A stretch of 64,000 nucleotides of DNA from Hemiscyllium ocellatum (lineage: Eukaryota), in assembly GCF_020745735.1 (NCBI RefSeq), contig NC_083419.1:27116085-27180084 (forward strand), in the 5' to 3' direction. The translations under genes were made by a program, and so were the position numbers. The notes under the pieces were generated by a model. The model was not told where the DNA came from and ran no database searches. It was given only the letters and a program-made list of their open reading frames with translations. Below are positions 1 through 11,005 of this stretch, piece after piece. Each line of letters starts with the position of its first letter. The first letter of the stretch is position 1.

Positions 1-339
1 CATACTAAACCTCTAACTTTTGCCAGGTGTAATGAGAGATTATCACCGTGAAACATGAACTATGCAGCTGTTGCTGGGCCTGGTGGGGATTTCCAGCATT
101 TTCGTTTCACTAGACTAGTTCCGAGAAGACTGAATCTATAAGGAGTGGCTAGGTAGACTAGCTTTATATTGCCTGAAGTTTAGCAGAATTAAAAGAAGAG
201 CACATAAAATTATTGAGTTACTTGGCAAGAGGGCGCAGTTTCAGAGTAAGAGATCAGTTATTTAGGACTGATTCTGAGAGATTTCTCCACTCAAACTTGT
301 GAATCATTAGAATTCTCTAACCCAGAAAATGTTTGTTGC

Positions 340-1330
340 CTCTGACTTGGCTATTGCAATACTCTCCTAACTGTCTTCACACCTTTTACTCTCTATACAG
401 TGCAACTCATCCAAACCCTGTTGCCCAGAACTTAACTGAAATATTAACGGAATCTTCCTGTACAGAGATGGAATTGCATTCCCACCTTTACCTTTAAAGG
501 GTTGAAGATCCTGGCACCATATTTAAAGAAGGACATTCAATTATTGCAAACCTGGAGTATGACTTATGTCCTGAGTGGATGCCAGCAGTTAAACTTTCTG
601 GATCTTCCACATTTCCACAGTCAGTCAGCCTCTCTTGGCCAGCAGATTTACACCCTTAGCCAGCCTCCTTGATCCATGATCATTACACTCCAATCTCGAT
701 CAACCTCTGAGCTTTATGTAACGTGACAGCTACCATCCAAACTCAATCATTGCAAGACATGAATGAACATTCACCAGAGAAGACAAAACTCATTTCAAAG
801 TATAGCAAGTACTGCATCTTGTCTGCTGCATGCCCCGTATCTGCAGTCAGTGATTTGAAGGCACATGTTAGTCGCTCATAAAGAACTTTATTGCGAAGTG
901 GAATTTAGTTCTGGCAAACTGACCTTTTAATGATTATGCACGACATGTAAATGGTCACTCTCCAATGTTTGCTGTAAGGAAGCTCGCCTTCCATTAAAAC
1001 TCCAAGATATTAATTGCAAACATTCATCCTGCTGGCAGAATATGACTTTTCACCACTCGCACAATTCCTCCACCTAGCTTGTTACCCTCTTCCAATGGCA
1101 GGACAGAATCTTGTGACAAGATTCTGTTCCATGTCTAGTTCACCCATTATCCCCTCCTCTGTGTTTGCTCACTTGGATTGGCTTCTGATTTGGCTACAAC
1201 TTAATTTCGAATTCTCATTTTGCTTTTCAAATATTTCTTTCATCTCAGCACTCCATATTTTTTAAGATTCTCCAGAATTAAAACCTTCCAGGATCTTTGC
1301 ACTCCTTCAATCCTGGCCTCTTACTTCTGT
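340..1330 (+). mobile_element. Decayed L2-clade LINE 3' fragments, interrupted by other sequence
   Basis: Degenerate ..LDY.N.LL..L...LQLIQN.. (340-435) and SPI.PV...L.WL....F.IL (1140-1230). Confidence 0.45.
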
Positions 1331-4056
1331 CCTTTAATTCAAGTCATTAATCTAGATTGCAAATAGTTGAGCCCCAAGCACTGATCCTTGTGTACTCTAT
1401 TAATTACATATTGCAAGCATGAAAGTTACCTAATTATCACTACTCCCCATTTCTTGGTGAAAATCAATTCACTACCATACTCTTATTGTGTTTAATAACA
1501 TTTTGATATTGTACCCTGTCAAATGTTTTTACATCACATTGTTCCCCCTTCTTCAAGTTGCATGCTATTTCTTAAAAGTTTTGAAATAAATTAGTAAAAC
1601 ATTATTTCCCTTTTATAAAATCATGTTAACTTTGTCTGATTACATTAAGATTGTCTAAGTGCTTTGCTACAACCTTCTTAATAATGGATTCTAGCAGTTT
1701 CACTATGAAAAATGTTTGGCTTTTCCTTTGATCGTTTCTAGGATTTTATTTGTATTTCAACAGTGGAAATAGCTTTAAATGCTTGCTTTAAATTTGCCCT
1801 CCTTACTTTGTCATTCTTTGTTGCTTTTTATGGTCTGTCCAACCTTTGACCTGTAACTAATCTTTACAGAATTGTATGCTCTTTCTTTCAATTTGATACT
1901 ACCTTTTGACTTCATTCATTGGGTGTCCTAGTGCACTTTATTCTCATGGAATGTATCTCTGCTGAACATTATGAAATATCTCATCTAAGTTCTTACATAA
2001 TCAGACCAGCCAAAAATCTTGTCAATTGATGAAGCAGGCTGTAAGAGCCTGTACCCACACCAAATTTGCATGTTCATCTTCACAAAACTGAATAATAAAT
2101 CTAATTGCATTCAACAAGCTCACTTGACACTATGTGATGTGAAAATAGGAAAAGCTTTCACATTGGGTAAAATATTATTATATAGTTAATTTACAGGCAT
2201 TTTATAATAATCACCCATAGTCTCCCATCTGCTATCTGAGATAATGCTTAAGTCCAACCAGCTTTTCCTATAAAATGCACTTTTGGCCCTGACTCAGTAC
2301 ATTCCCAAAAAAGACAACTGAGATAAATAGCTCACTTACTGAGAACTTACCAAAGCACTTTTCTCATTCATTGACTCTGTATATTGGTGGTCTAACATAT
2401 GACAGTGTTTCCCTATCCTTGAATAATGCTTTGAAGGACTTCTAGAGAAGTGAAGTGATTTGGAATTTGCTAATGCTTTACAGTATTCAAGGCCACTGAA
2501 TTGCTAGTTTTTTTATATAAGTAACTACCTTTCCTGATGTTTATATGAATGTACAAATCGTAGCAAAGATGCTTATTCAATGAAAAAAGGGGTAATTCCC
2601 ACAGAACACAGCACAGCTAGCATAAAAACAGCACTCAGAATACTCAGCATGATGTAGTCTCAACCGTGTTTCTACCCAGTTGGCTGCATGCCATCTTCCT
2701 TTGTGTGGATCAGCAGTCAAATTCATGGTGGTGTGCACCAGGGATATATTATCCCTGAGGCAGCCTTTGAGTGTTAGCATTTTAGGAGCTGATGTGCTGA
2801 TGTGCAAGTTCTTACTATCACGCTGACACAGACCCAACAAAGATTTATAGGACTGGAGGAAACCTTAACTGTGCATGACCAGTGAATTACTGAGCAGGGG
2901 GCCACGATGGAATATCTTGCTGAGGAGGAAAAGCTAGAGTAGCTGCTAAATTGAATGAATTGGGAAAAGGAGAGAATAAAAATGCAGGTTATTCAGAATG
3001 ACAGAGGTCATAATGCCAACTTTTTCAGGAAACTATTTTAAGAACTTATCAACCAAGTTATGGCCCTTAACATTTGAAAAGAACAGATTTTTACTTCAGG
3101 GACCTAAATCATATTACATCATTATTTTTAGGACATTTCACTTCAGAATGTAGGAACCATTTAATCAATGAGCCAGGTCCAAAGGTATTTCAAAGACTTT
3201 CAAATCATCTGGGATTTCCAACAGTAATAAATCATCATAAAGTGTGTAATGACATTAAGGTAGTAAAAATAGATACAAGATTACCATATAAGTGCGGCAC
3301 TGCTTAACTCTTGGTTAAAATATTCAAATTTTAACTGTTGGAATTAATTGTAAATTTTAACTTTGTGATTGACAGATTTTAGTGACCTAAATGTCTTCAG
3401 GGATAAGGGACACAGGCAGGTGTGTGAAGTTAAGTTACAATGTGAAATACTGATAACAAATCTTATTGAATGTTGGACCAAGTCCCAATAGCTAAATGGC
3501 TTACTCTTGTTCACAAGTCTGTATTTAAACCATTTTATATTACAGCAAAATAAGAATATTGTACTGATTTCTTTAATCTGCTGGTGTTCCTTGCAGAATG
3601 ATACAAAATAAAGATCATTCAATGTCAGCCTTTATCCAGTTAGCTAGCTGACCTGATTTTAGGATGACTTTTAATTATCCTTCAGTATATATTTTGCCGC
3701 AATGAAACACTCAGAACTTTCCCTTTCGACAAAGATTTTGCAGATCTTCCCTGCCTAGATCATAGGTGCTCTTTTTTCTTATGTCATCTTTCAAGCCCAT
3801 TCTCACACCCATGCCCCAGTTTTCTATTGGTTTAAAAGCTCTAGCACTTCTATTTTTTTTTGGTTATGATAAGAAAGGCCTTCTGCTGGACTCCCAGGAC
3901 TGGGGATACAGTTAGTGATATATGCATTATTTACTACGGGACGTTAATTCATTAGCATCTTAACTTCTTTTCTGCTTCAAACCCCTTTTCTTCCTAATTT
4001 AATGAATATTCTATGCTGTAATATATAATATTTAAAGGAATTATTTTTGAATCTGT

Positions 4057-4402
4057 AGGGTGGCACGGTGGCTCAGCAGTTAGCACTGCTGCCTCACAGT
4101 ACCAGGGACCCAGGTGTGATTCCAGCCTCAGGTGACTGTCAGTGTGGTGTTTGCACACTCTACCCAGCGGGGGTTTCCTCCAGCTGCTCCGGTTTCCTCC
4201 CACAATCCAAAGATGTGCAGGTTAGGTGAAATAGCCATGCTAAATTGCCCATAATGTTCAGGGATGTGTAGGTTAGGTGCATTAGTTAGGGGTAAATAGA
4301 GGATAATAGGGTAGGAGATTGGGTCTGGTTGGGTTACTCTTTGGAGGATCAGTGTGGACTTGTTGGGACAAATGGCCTGTTTCCACACTGTAGGGGTTCT
4401 AT
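4057..4402 (+). mobile_element. HE1/V-SINE-type tRNA-derived SINE (older copy)
   Basis: A box TGGCTCAGCAG, B-box-like GGTGTGATTCC, central GGTTTCCTCC..GCTCCGGTTTCCTCCCACA core. Confidence 0.8.
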
Positions 4403-4447
4403 GAAAGAGTGGACCAACTCTCATGACAACTCTATATTGTTCGCATA

Positions 4448-4730
4448 TATGGTAGCTCAGTGCTTTAGCACTGTTACCTCACAGTACCAGGGTTCAATTC
4501 CAGCCTTAAGTGCATCTGAGAGGAGTTTGTATGTGCTCCCCATTTGTGTGGGTTTCTGTTTAATGCTCTGGCTTCCTACCACAGTCAAACGATGTGCAGG
4601 TCAGGTGAAGGTGGTCATGCTAGATTGTCTGTTCTATCCAGGAATGAGCCAGGTAAATGCAGGGATAGGTGGGATGCTGTTCAGAGGGTTGGTGGGAGCT
4701 GAATGGCCTCTTCCCATGCTTTAGGAATTC
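4448..4730 (+). mobile_element. Second, more degraded HE1/V-SINE-type SINE
   Basis: TAGCTCAGTG..GGTTCAATTCC and a degenerate V-SINE core. Confidence 0.65.
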
Positions 4731-4825
4731 TATAATTAATGGAAACCTCTGTACTGTCAAAGAATATAAACTGTTGAGATTCTATAATTAATGGAAATCT
4801 CCAGGCTGTCAAAGTAATATACCAG

Positions 4826-5028
4826 GTGAAAGTGAGTACTGCAGATGTTGGAGATTAGAGTCAAGTGTAGTGCTGGAAAAGCACAACAGTTCATGCAGCA
4901 TCCGAGGAGCAGGAAAATCGACGTTTGGACAAAAGCACTTCTGATGAAGGACTTTTGCCCAAAACGTGGATTTTCCTGCTCCTCAGATGCTGCCTGACCT
5001 GCTGTGCTTTTCCAGCATCACACTCTTG
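4826..5028. mobile_element. Penelope-derived short inverted-repeat element with 15-bp TSD
   Basis: Inverted arms (GCTGGAAAAGCAC.../...GTGCTTTTCCAGC), degenerate hammerhead CTGATGA..AAAACGT; TSD aaagtaatataccag at 4811-4825 and 5029-5043. Confidence 0.8.
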
Positions 5029-6067
5029 AAAGTAATATACCAGTTTGTTTAAAACACTTTTGAACCTATATTCTAGTTACAGGCAGAATGAGTTCTGATC
5101 AGGCAGATTATTATCTATTTTGTTAAATTTTTTTCAATTTTTATATGATTAAAAAGGTAGTGCAAAATACATGATTACATTATTTATATAGATTATTTTC
5201 AGAATCTAATATATCAGAATCTCATGTTCGATTATAAAACCACACTTTATTTTAACATATTTTTATGTTACTTTTTCCATTATAAATTTGTGTCCTAATT
5301 TATAGTGCAACTGTCTACATAAACTTGTCACTCTGTAATTACATCCCTCCCCCAACCTCCAATGAGAGTTGTGCAGCAACTGAATCTTCCAATTCCCGAG
5401 CTGGATTGCAGAAAAAAATCTTATGCCCAATCAACGCCATTTCTCTGTTGAATAAATTCTTGTAATTCACTTAATTGTAAATGTCAAATCAAAGCATAAT
5501 ACAGAAATAAAGACAGAATGAATAACTTAAACCATTTGATTGAATTATGGCAGTATAGTCGGTCTAAATGGTAGGCAGCTCCCAAACTGCATTTCAACTG
5601 GTGACGAAGACTTGGCTTCTCTCCCCACACTCAATCAACTCAAAGGATTTAAATTCTAGTAATGGCATTTAGAAGCACCAAGGCCTGAGTACAATGAAGG
5701 CACTCTCTAAATGAGGTAGGAATACACTCCTTTGAGTTTTCTTTCCCCCTCAAGTATAAGTAAGGAATTTTATTGCTGATCAGTAAGTTACAATTTTAAC
5801 TCACATTTTCATTTTTCTAAATGTAAAACAAATACACATAATGCTGCGATACATTTCAGTTGTCTCTTTTTATGAGACTGGTCAGCTGTTGGTTCATGAT
5901 CTGTACTAACAATTGGGATCTCATGACTTATTAGGCCAATGTATTTTATTGTTGCATGATTCCAAGACTGTGAAGGTACAACTTTTGGAAAGGCTTATGC
6001 CAGTCAAACAGAGAACTTTTGATAAATTAGCGAAGTGGTTTTTAGAATAGGAAAGGCTTTCTACTTA

Positions 6068-6905
6068 TTAGTACATAGAAGGTGAGAGGAGGAGGCCATT
6101 CAGCCCTTCGAGCCTGTTCTGCCATTCATCATGATCATGGCTAATTGTCCAACTCAATAGCCAAATCCTGCTTTCTCTCCATAACCTTTGATTCCATTCG
6201 CTCCAAAATGCTACAACTAGCTGCCTTTTGAATATATTCAAAATTTTGGCATCAACTACATAGTGTGGTAATGGATTCCATAGGCTCACCACTCTTTGGG
6301 TGAAGAAATGACTCCTCATCTCTCCTAAATGGTTGACCCCGAATACTCAACTGTGACTTCCCACCACTAGGAATATCCTTCCTGCATCTGCCCTATCTAG
6401 TCCTGTTAGAATTTTATAAGTCTCTATGAGCTTCCCCCCAACTCTCCCCACCCCCCCCCCATCTCTCCCCCCCCCATCTCTCCCCACCACCCTCAGACTC
6501 TTCTGAACTCCAACAAAAGTAATCCTAATCTAGTCAATCTCTCCTAATATGTCAGCCATCCCTGGAGTCAGCCTGGTAAACCTTTGATGCACTCCCTTGA
6601 GAGCACAAACATCTATCCTCAGAAAAGGAGAGTAAAACTGCACACAACATTCTAGGTGTGGCCTCACAAAGGCCCAGTATAACTGCAATAACACATCCTT
6701 GCTCCTGTACAGAAAACTTCTCGCAATGAAGGCCAACATACCATTTCCCTTTTTTACTGCCTGCTGGACCTGCATGTTTACCTTCAACAACTGATGCACA
6801 AGGACACCCAGGTCCCACTACACACACCCCTCTCCCAATTTACAGCCATTCATGTAATAATCTGCTTTCTTGTCTTTGCTTCCAAAGTGAATAACCTGAC
6901 ATTTA
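6068..6905 (-). mobile_element. CR1 LINE 3' fragment (RT C-terminus + 3'UTR), degraded
   Basis: ORFs 6068-6319 and 6530-6799: VQQAVKK.NGMLAFI, LVRPHLE, FFTQRVV.LWN.LP. Confidence 0.85.
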
Positions 6906-6914
6906 TATATAATA

Positions 6915-7430
6915 AATAGGAGATAATTCTAACAGAATTAGACAAGGTTGATGCAGGAAGGATGTTCCTAATGATGAGGGTGTCCAGAATCAGGAATATT
7001 GTGTGCAGTTTTGCTCTCCTTTTCTGAGGAAGGATGCTTGTGCTCTCGTGTGAGTGCAGTGAAGGTTTACCAGGCTGATCCCGGGAATGGCGGGACTGAC
7101 GTATGAGGAGGGATTGACTAGGTTAGGTTTGCTTTTGCTGGAGTTCAGACAATTAAGAGGTAATCTCACAGAGATCCTTAGAATAGTCGAAGGATATTGG
7201 GTAATTCATTTAAGACTGAGATAAGGAGAAATTTCTTCATCAAGAGAGTGGTGAGTCACTGGAATTTGTTATCTTGGAAAACAGTGGGGGCCAAAACAGT
7301 GTATGATTTTAAGAAGGAGTTGGATACGACAATTAGGGCAAAACATACCAAAGGATATGAGGGAAAAGCCATGATCCTAAGAATGGTGAATAGCATATTC
7401 TTGCATCCAATTTTCTGTTTTATGTTCACT
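6915..7430 (+). mobile_element. CR1 LINE 3' fragments, rearranged
   Basis: EYCVQF.SPFLRKD and RRNFF..RVV..WN motifs. Confidence 0.75.
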
Positions 7431-7777
7431 TTCTAGTCATTAATGTTATTCTTGAAGGCAAAGAAGGATTAGACATTGTATATTCTGGAATATGATGTTG
7501 AAAAATGTTATGGACATTTTTCTTTGGAATCTTGGTAAGCTTTGCTTAATAGTAAATACAATATTTTGAAGCTCCTTCAACCACTCTTTTAGAAGACCAA
7601 ATGAGTTTCACCCTGAATTCAACAAGAGGGGTTTCTCTTCAGAAATAGGAGCGATCAGCTGGGCAGCCCTTCCTCATAAGTGTCCTCTTTTCCCAATTAA
7701 TTCTAAATGCCAATAGATATCCTATCACAATTCAAACAACAGGGATCTACTTCAGAATAAACAATGATCACCAATTA

Positions 7778-8061
7778 CAAAAACAGAAGCTGCTGGAAAA
7801 GCTCATCAGGTCTGGCAGCATCTGTCAAGAGAAATCAGAGTTAACATTTTGGATCCGGTGACCCTTCCGCAGAACTCCCTCATAAGTCTTTGATACATTT
7901 TGCCCAAGTATTGTATCCAACTCTTTCCTCCAGTGAGGAAGGGTCACCAGACCAGAAATGTAAACTCTGATCTTTCTTCACAGATGCTGCCAGACCTGCT
8001 GAACTTTTCCAGAAACTCCTGTTTTTGTTTCTGATTTATAGCATCTGCAGTTCTTTCAATT
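7778..8061. mobile_element. Penelope-derived inverted-repeat element (second family) with 11-bp TSD
   Basis: Inverted arms with TGAGGAAGGGTCACC...GAAATGT hammerhead remnant; TSD atcaccaatta at 7767-7777 and 8062-8072. Confidence 0.75.
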
Positions 8062-8879
8062 ATCACCAATTATCTGATTTCTAAAAAGCCTTGTTTAAAA
8101 AAACATCTCAAATAGTGACAGTGACTTTACAACTCCAACTTTTAAAGAAATCAGCCAGGTATTTCCACAAAACCTGATATATAAATTTTATTTTCTGCAA
8201 TCCTTGAAACCTAACACTTCAGTTACATTTACTTTCCTAACTACCTTCTCTGCCACTCAAATAGCCTAACCTTGGTTATTCTTTGCAAATCATTCAGGGA
8301 TAAATTTTCCACCTCCACAAAAGTTGTAGCAACAGACAATGCCATCTTAATATCATAATGCACAAGAAACATGGTGTGTTCTTTCAGATTATTATTACCC
8401 ACTTCCAATTAAGCATTTGCATTGAATATTTCATTAGAGACTCCACTTCTTTATTATAACCAAGCCTGGAGAAGTACTGTTGCTCTAGTCCTATAGGTCA
8501 CTGCACAAAGTAAAAATACGTTTCACAGTTTCCAAAAAGCAAATTAAGTGTCTCATCTATATTAAGAATTACTTTAAAAATTCCTTTAAATACAATTATT
8601 GGTTTATTATCAAAATAGAACTTAGTTAATGAGGATGCAATAATTGATTAACATATAATGGTGGTAATATGGAAGTAAACATCCACACCTCTAAAGAACC
8701 CCAAAACACATGCACATACTTCTGAATAAAAAGAAAAAGACTTCTCCCAGCAGGGATTCTTTTTTGAGAAAAAGGGGAATAAAATACCTTCTGGCCATTA
8801 GGATTATTCTTGAAAGGCAAAAAGGATAGATGTAGAGTGTCTGAAGTCCTATTCTGATATTCTGGCATGTGGTCAAGTC

Positions 8880-9000
8880 AGGGCTTATGCTCGAAACGTC
8901 GAATTCTCTATTCCTGAGATGCTGCCTAACCTGCTGTGCTTTGACCAGCAACACATTTGCAGCTGTGATCTCCAGCATCTGCAGACCTCATTTTTTACTC
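8880..9000 (+). mobile_element. Solo 3'-terminal fragment of the young Penelope family
   Basis: Matches the reverse complement of 24278-24359 plus an extra tail; TSD tcaagtcag at 8873-8881 and 8999-9007. Confidence 0.85.
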
Positions 9001-9409
9001 AAGTCAGTATTCATGCACAGTTTTCTTTGGAGTAGAGTAATGTTATTTGTCGTTTCTACCATATACAGCTGGTGCAGAAAAAAAATGAAACAGCATTCCC
9101 CCAGGACCAAGGTGCTATGAACACATTGACTACACGAGAGTACAGTCATACCCAGGGCAGCATTACGTGCATAGAAAAGTGCAAAGCATGCAAGACATCA
9201 CAGTCATTCCTGACAAGAGGCACAGTGGTGGACAAATTACAACGTAACAATGAATGATCATTAATAAAACATTGTTTGAGCAACAATTCAAACTATGGTC
9301 CAAAAATTGCACAGTCAAGATTAGATTGTGCTGGAAATGCACAGCAGATCAGACAACATCTAAGCTGCAGGAAAATCGACGTTTCAGGCAGGAACTCTTC
9401 ATTAGGATT

Positions 9410-9905
9410 ACGGAGCCTGATGGCTTGGGGAAGAAACTATTGCAGTCTGACCATGAGAGACTGAAGCCACATGGCAGGAGGGAGAAGAATTTGAATGAAG
9501 GATGTGTGGGTCATCCACAATGCTCTCAGCCTTGAGGATGCAGCATGTGGTGTAAATGTCTGCAATGGAGTAAAGTGAGACCCTGATGATCTTCTCAACT
9601 GTCCTCACTATCCGTTGTAGGGTCTTATGATGCGAGACAGTATAATTCCCGAACCAGGCAGTGATGCAGCTGCTCAGGGTACTCTCAGCGATGCCTCTGT
9701 CAAATGTGGTGAGAATGGGGGATGGGCTTTCCCCAACCTATGCAGAAAGTAGAGATGCTGCTGGGCTTTCTTGGCTATAGAGCTTGTGTTGAGGGACCAG
9801 GTGGACACCAAGACAATTCGTGCTCTTCATGGGGGAGCTGTCGATGTCAGCAGAGAGTGATTGCTCTATGCCCTCCTGAAGTCAAAAACCATCTCTTTCA
9901 TCTGC
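9410..9905 (-). mobile_element. Rex1/Babar-like non-LTR retrotransposon 3' fragment
   Basis: Minus-strand translation ES.LSSCITAWFGN....K.LQRIVRTVEKII.VSL.SI.DIY, typical of the Rex1 RT C-terminus. Confidence 0.7.
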
Positions 9906-10529
9906 GGTCTTGGGAGACAGCTTATTCAGCAAATTACAATATTGAGAAGTTACTTTCACCCCAAAACAAGTTTCACCCCAAACTCAAGAGGTTTTTTTCT
10001 AAAATAGGAAAGATCAACTGGGGGTAGCTTTTCATCATAGGATTATTGTTCCCCAACAAGTTTTTCAGATATCCAAGCACTCTCCAACCAATTACTATTC
10101 AAACAGCCTCAGCAGGGCTCTGTGGCAGAATAAACAGTTATCTCTAATTCTGTGATTTCTAGGAAGCTTTGTTAAATAAATCTTTAATATCCACAACAAC
10201 CTTTCAACAACAACCTAAGAAAACAATTTCAAATATTAACTTAAAATATATCTATTTTGCACGTTTTTTAATATTCACTAGTCAGGAGTGGGCATCACTT
10301 GCTAGACAGCATTCATTGCTGGTTCCGAAGTTTCCCTTGAAAAGATTGTGGTGAACTACCTTCCTGAATCACTGTAGTCTACATGTTGAAAATAGACCTA
10401 CAACGTCCTAAGGGAAGGGAAGAAATGATGAAAGACTGTGGTTTTTGATGAAGTCATGGCAGGTGCCAAAGTCAATGTCAGATGGTCCATCTAGATTAAT
10501 TTCTTTGTTGAGACTTTGTAACGATTAAT

Positions 10530-10812
10530 TCAATTGAGTGGCTTCCAAGACCATTTCAAAGGGTAGTTGAGAGTCAACCACATTACTGTGGGTCTGGTGT
10601 CACCTAGAGGCCTGACCAGCTGAGGATGGCAAATTTCCTTCCCTGGAGGGCATAAGTGAGCCAGGTGGATTTTTCTGACAATCAACATGGTTTCATGGTC
10701 ATCAGGAGATTCTTAATGCCAGATTTTTAAAAAAATTGAATTCATATTCCACCATCTACCATAAGAATTTCTGGATTAACAGTCTTTTAATAATACCACT
10801 AGGCCATTGCCT
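10530..10812 (-). mobile_element. tRNA-derived SINE (same family as 43075-43425)
   Basis: Reverse-complement similarity to 43075-43425, including the TGGCCTAGTGGTATTAT head. Confidence 0.7.
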
Positions 10813-11005
10813 TCTCTGTACCGTACTTCACCCGGCAGGCTGGTCAAAAAAATGAAAGCCCATGGGATACATGAGAATGTGGCAAGTTAGATCAAAATTT
10901 GATCAATCTTTTGTTTCTTGTCACCTAGCCAATGTTTTGTGAATGAAAAGTAGTTTCCAGCTATGTTCCACAAGGCTAATTGTTGTGGCCTTTGCTGTTT
11001 GTTGT

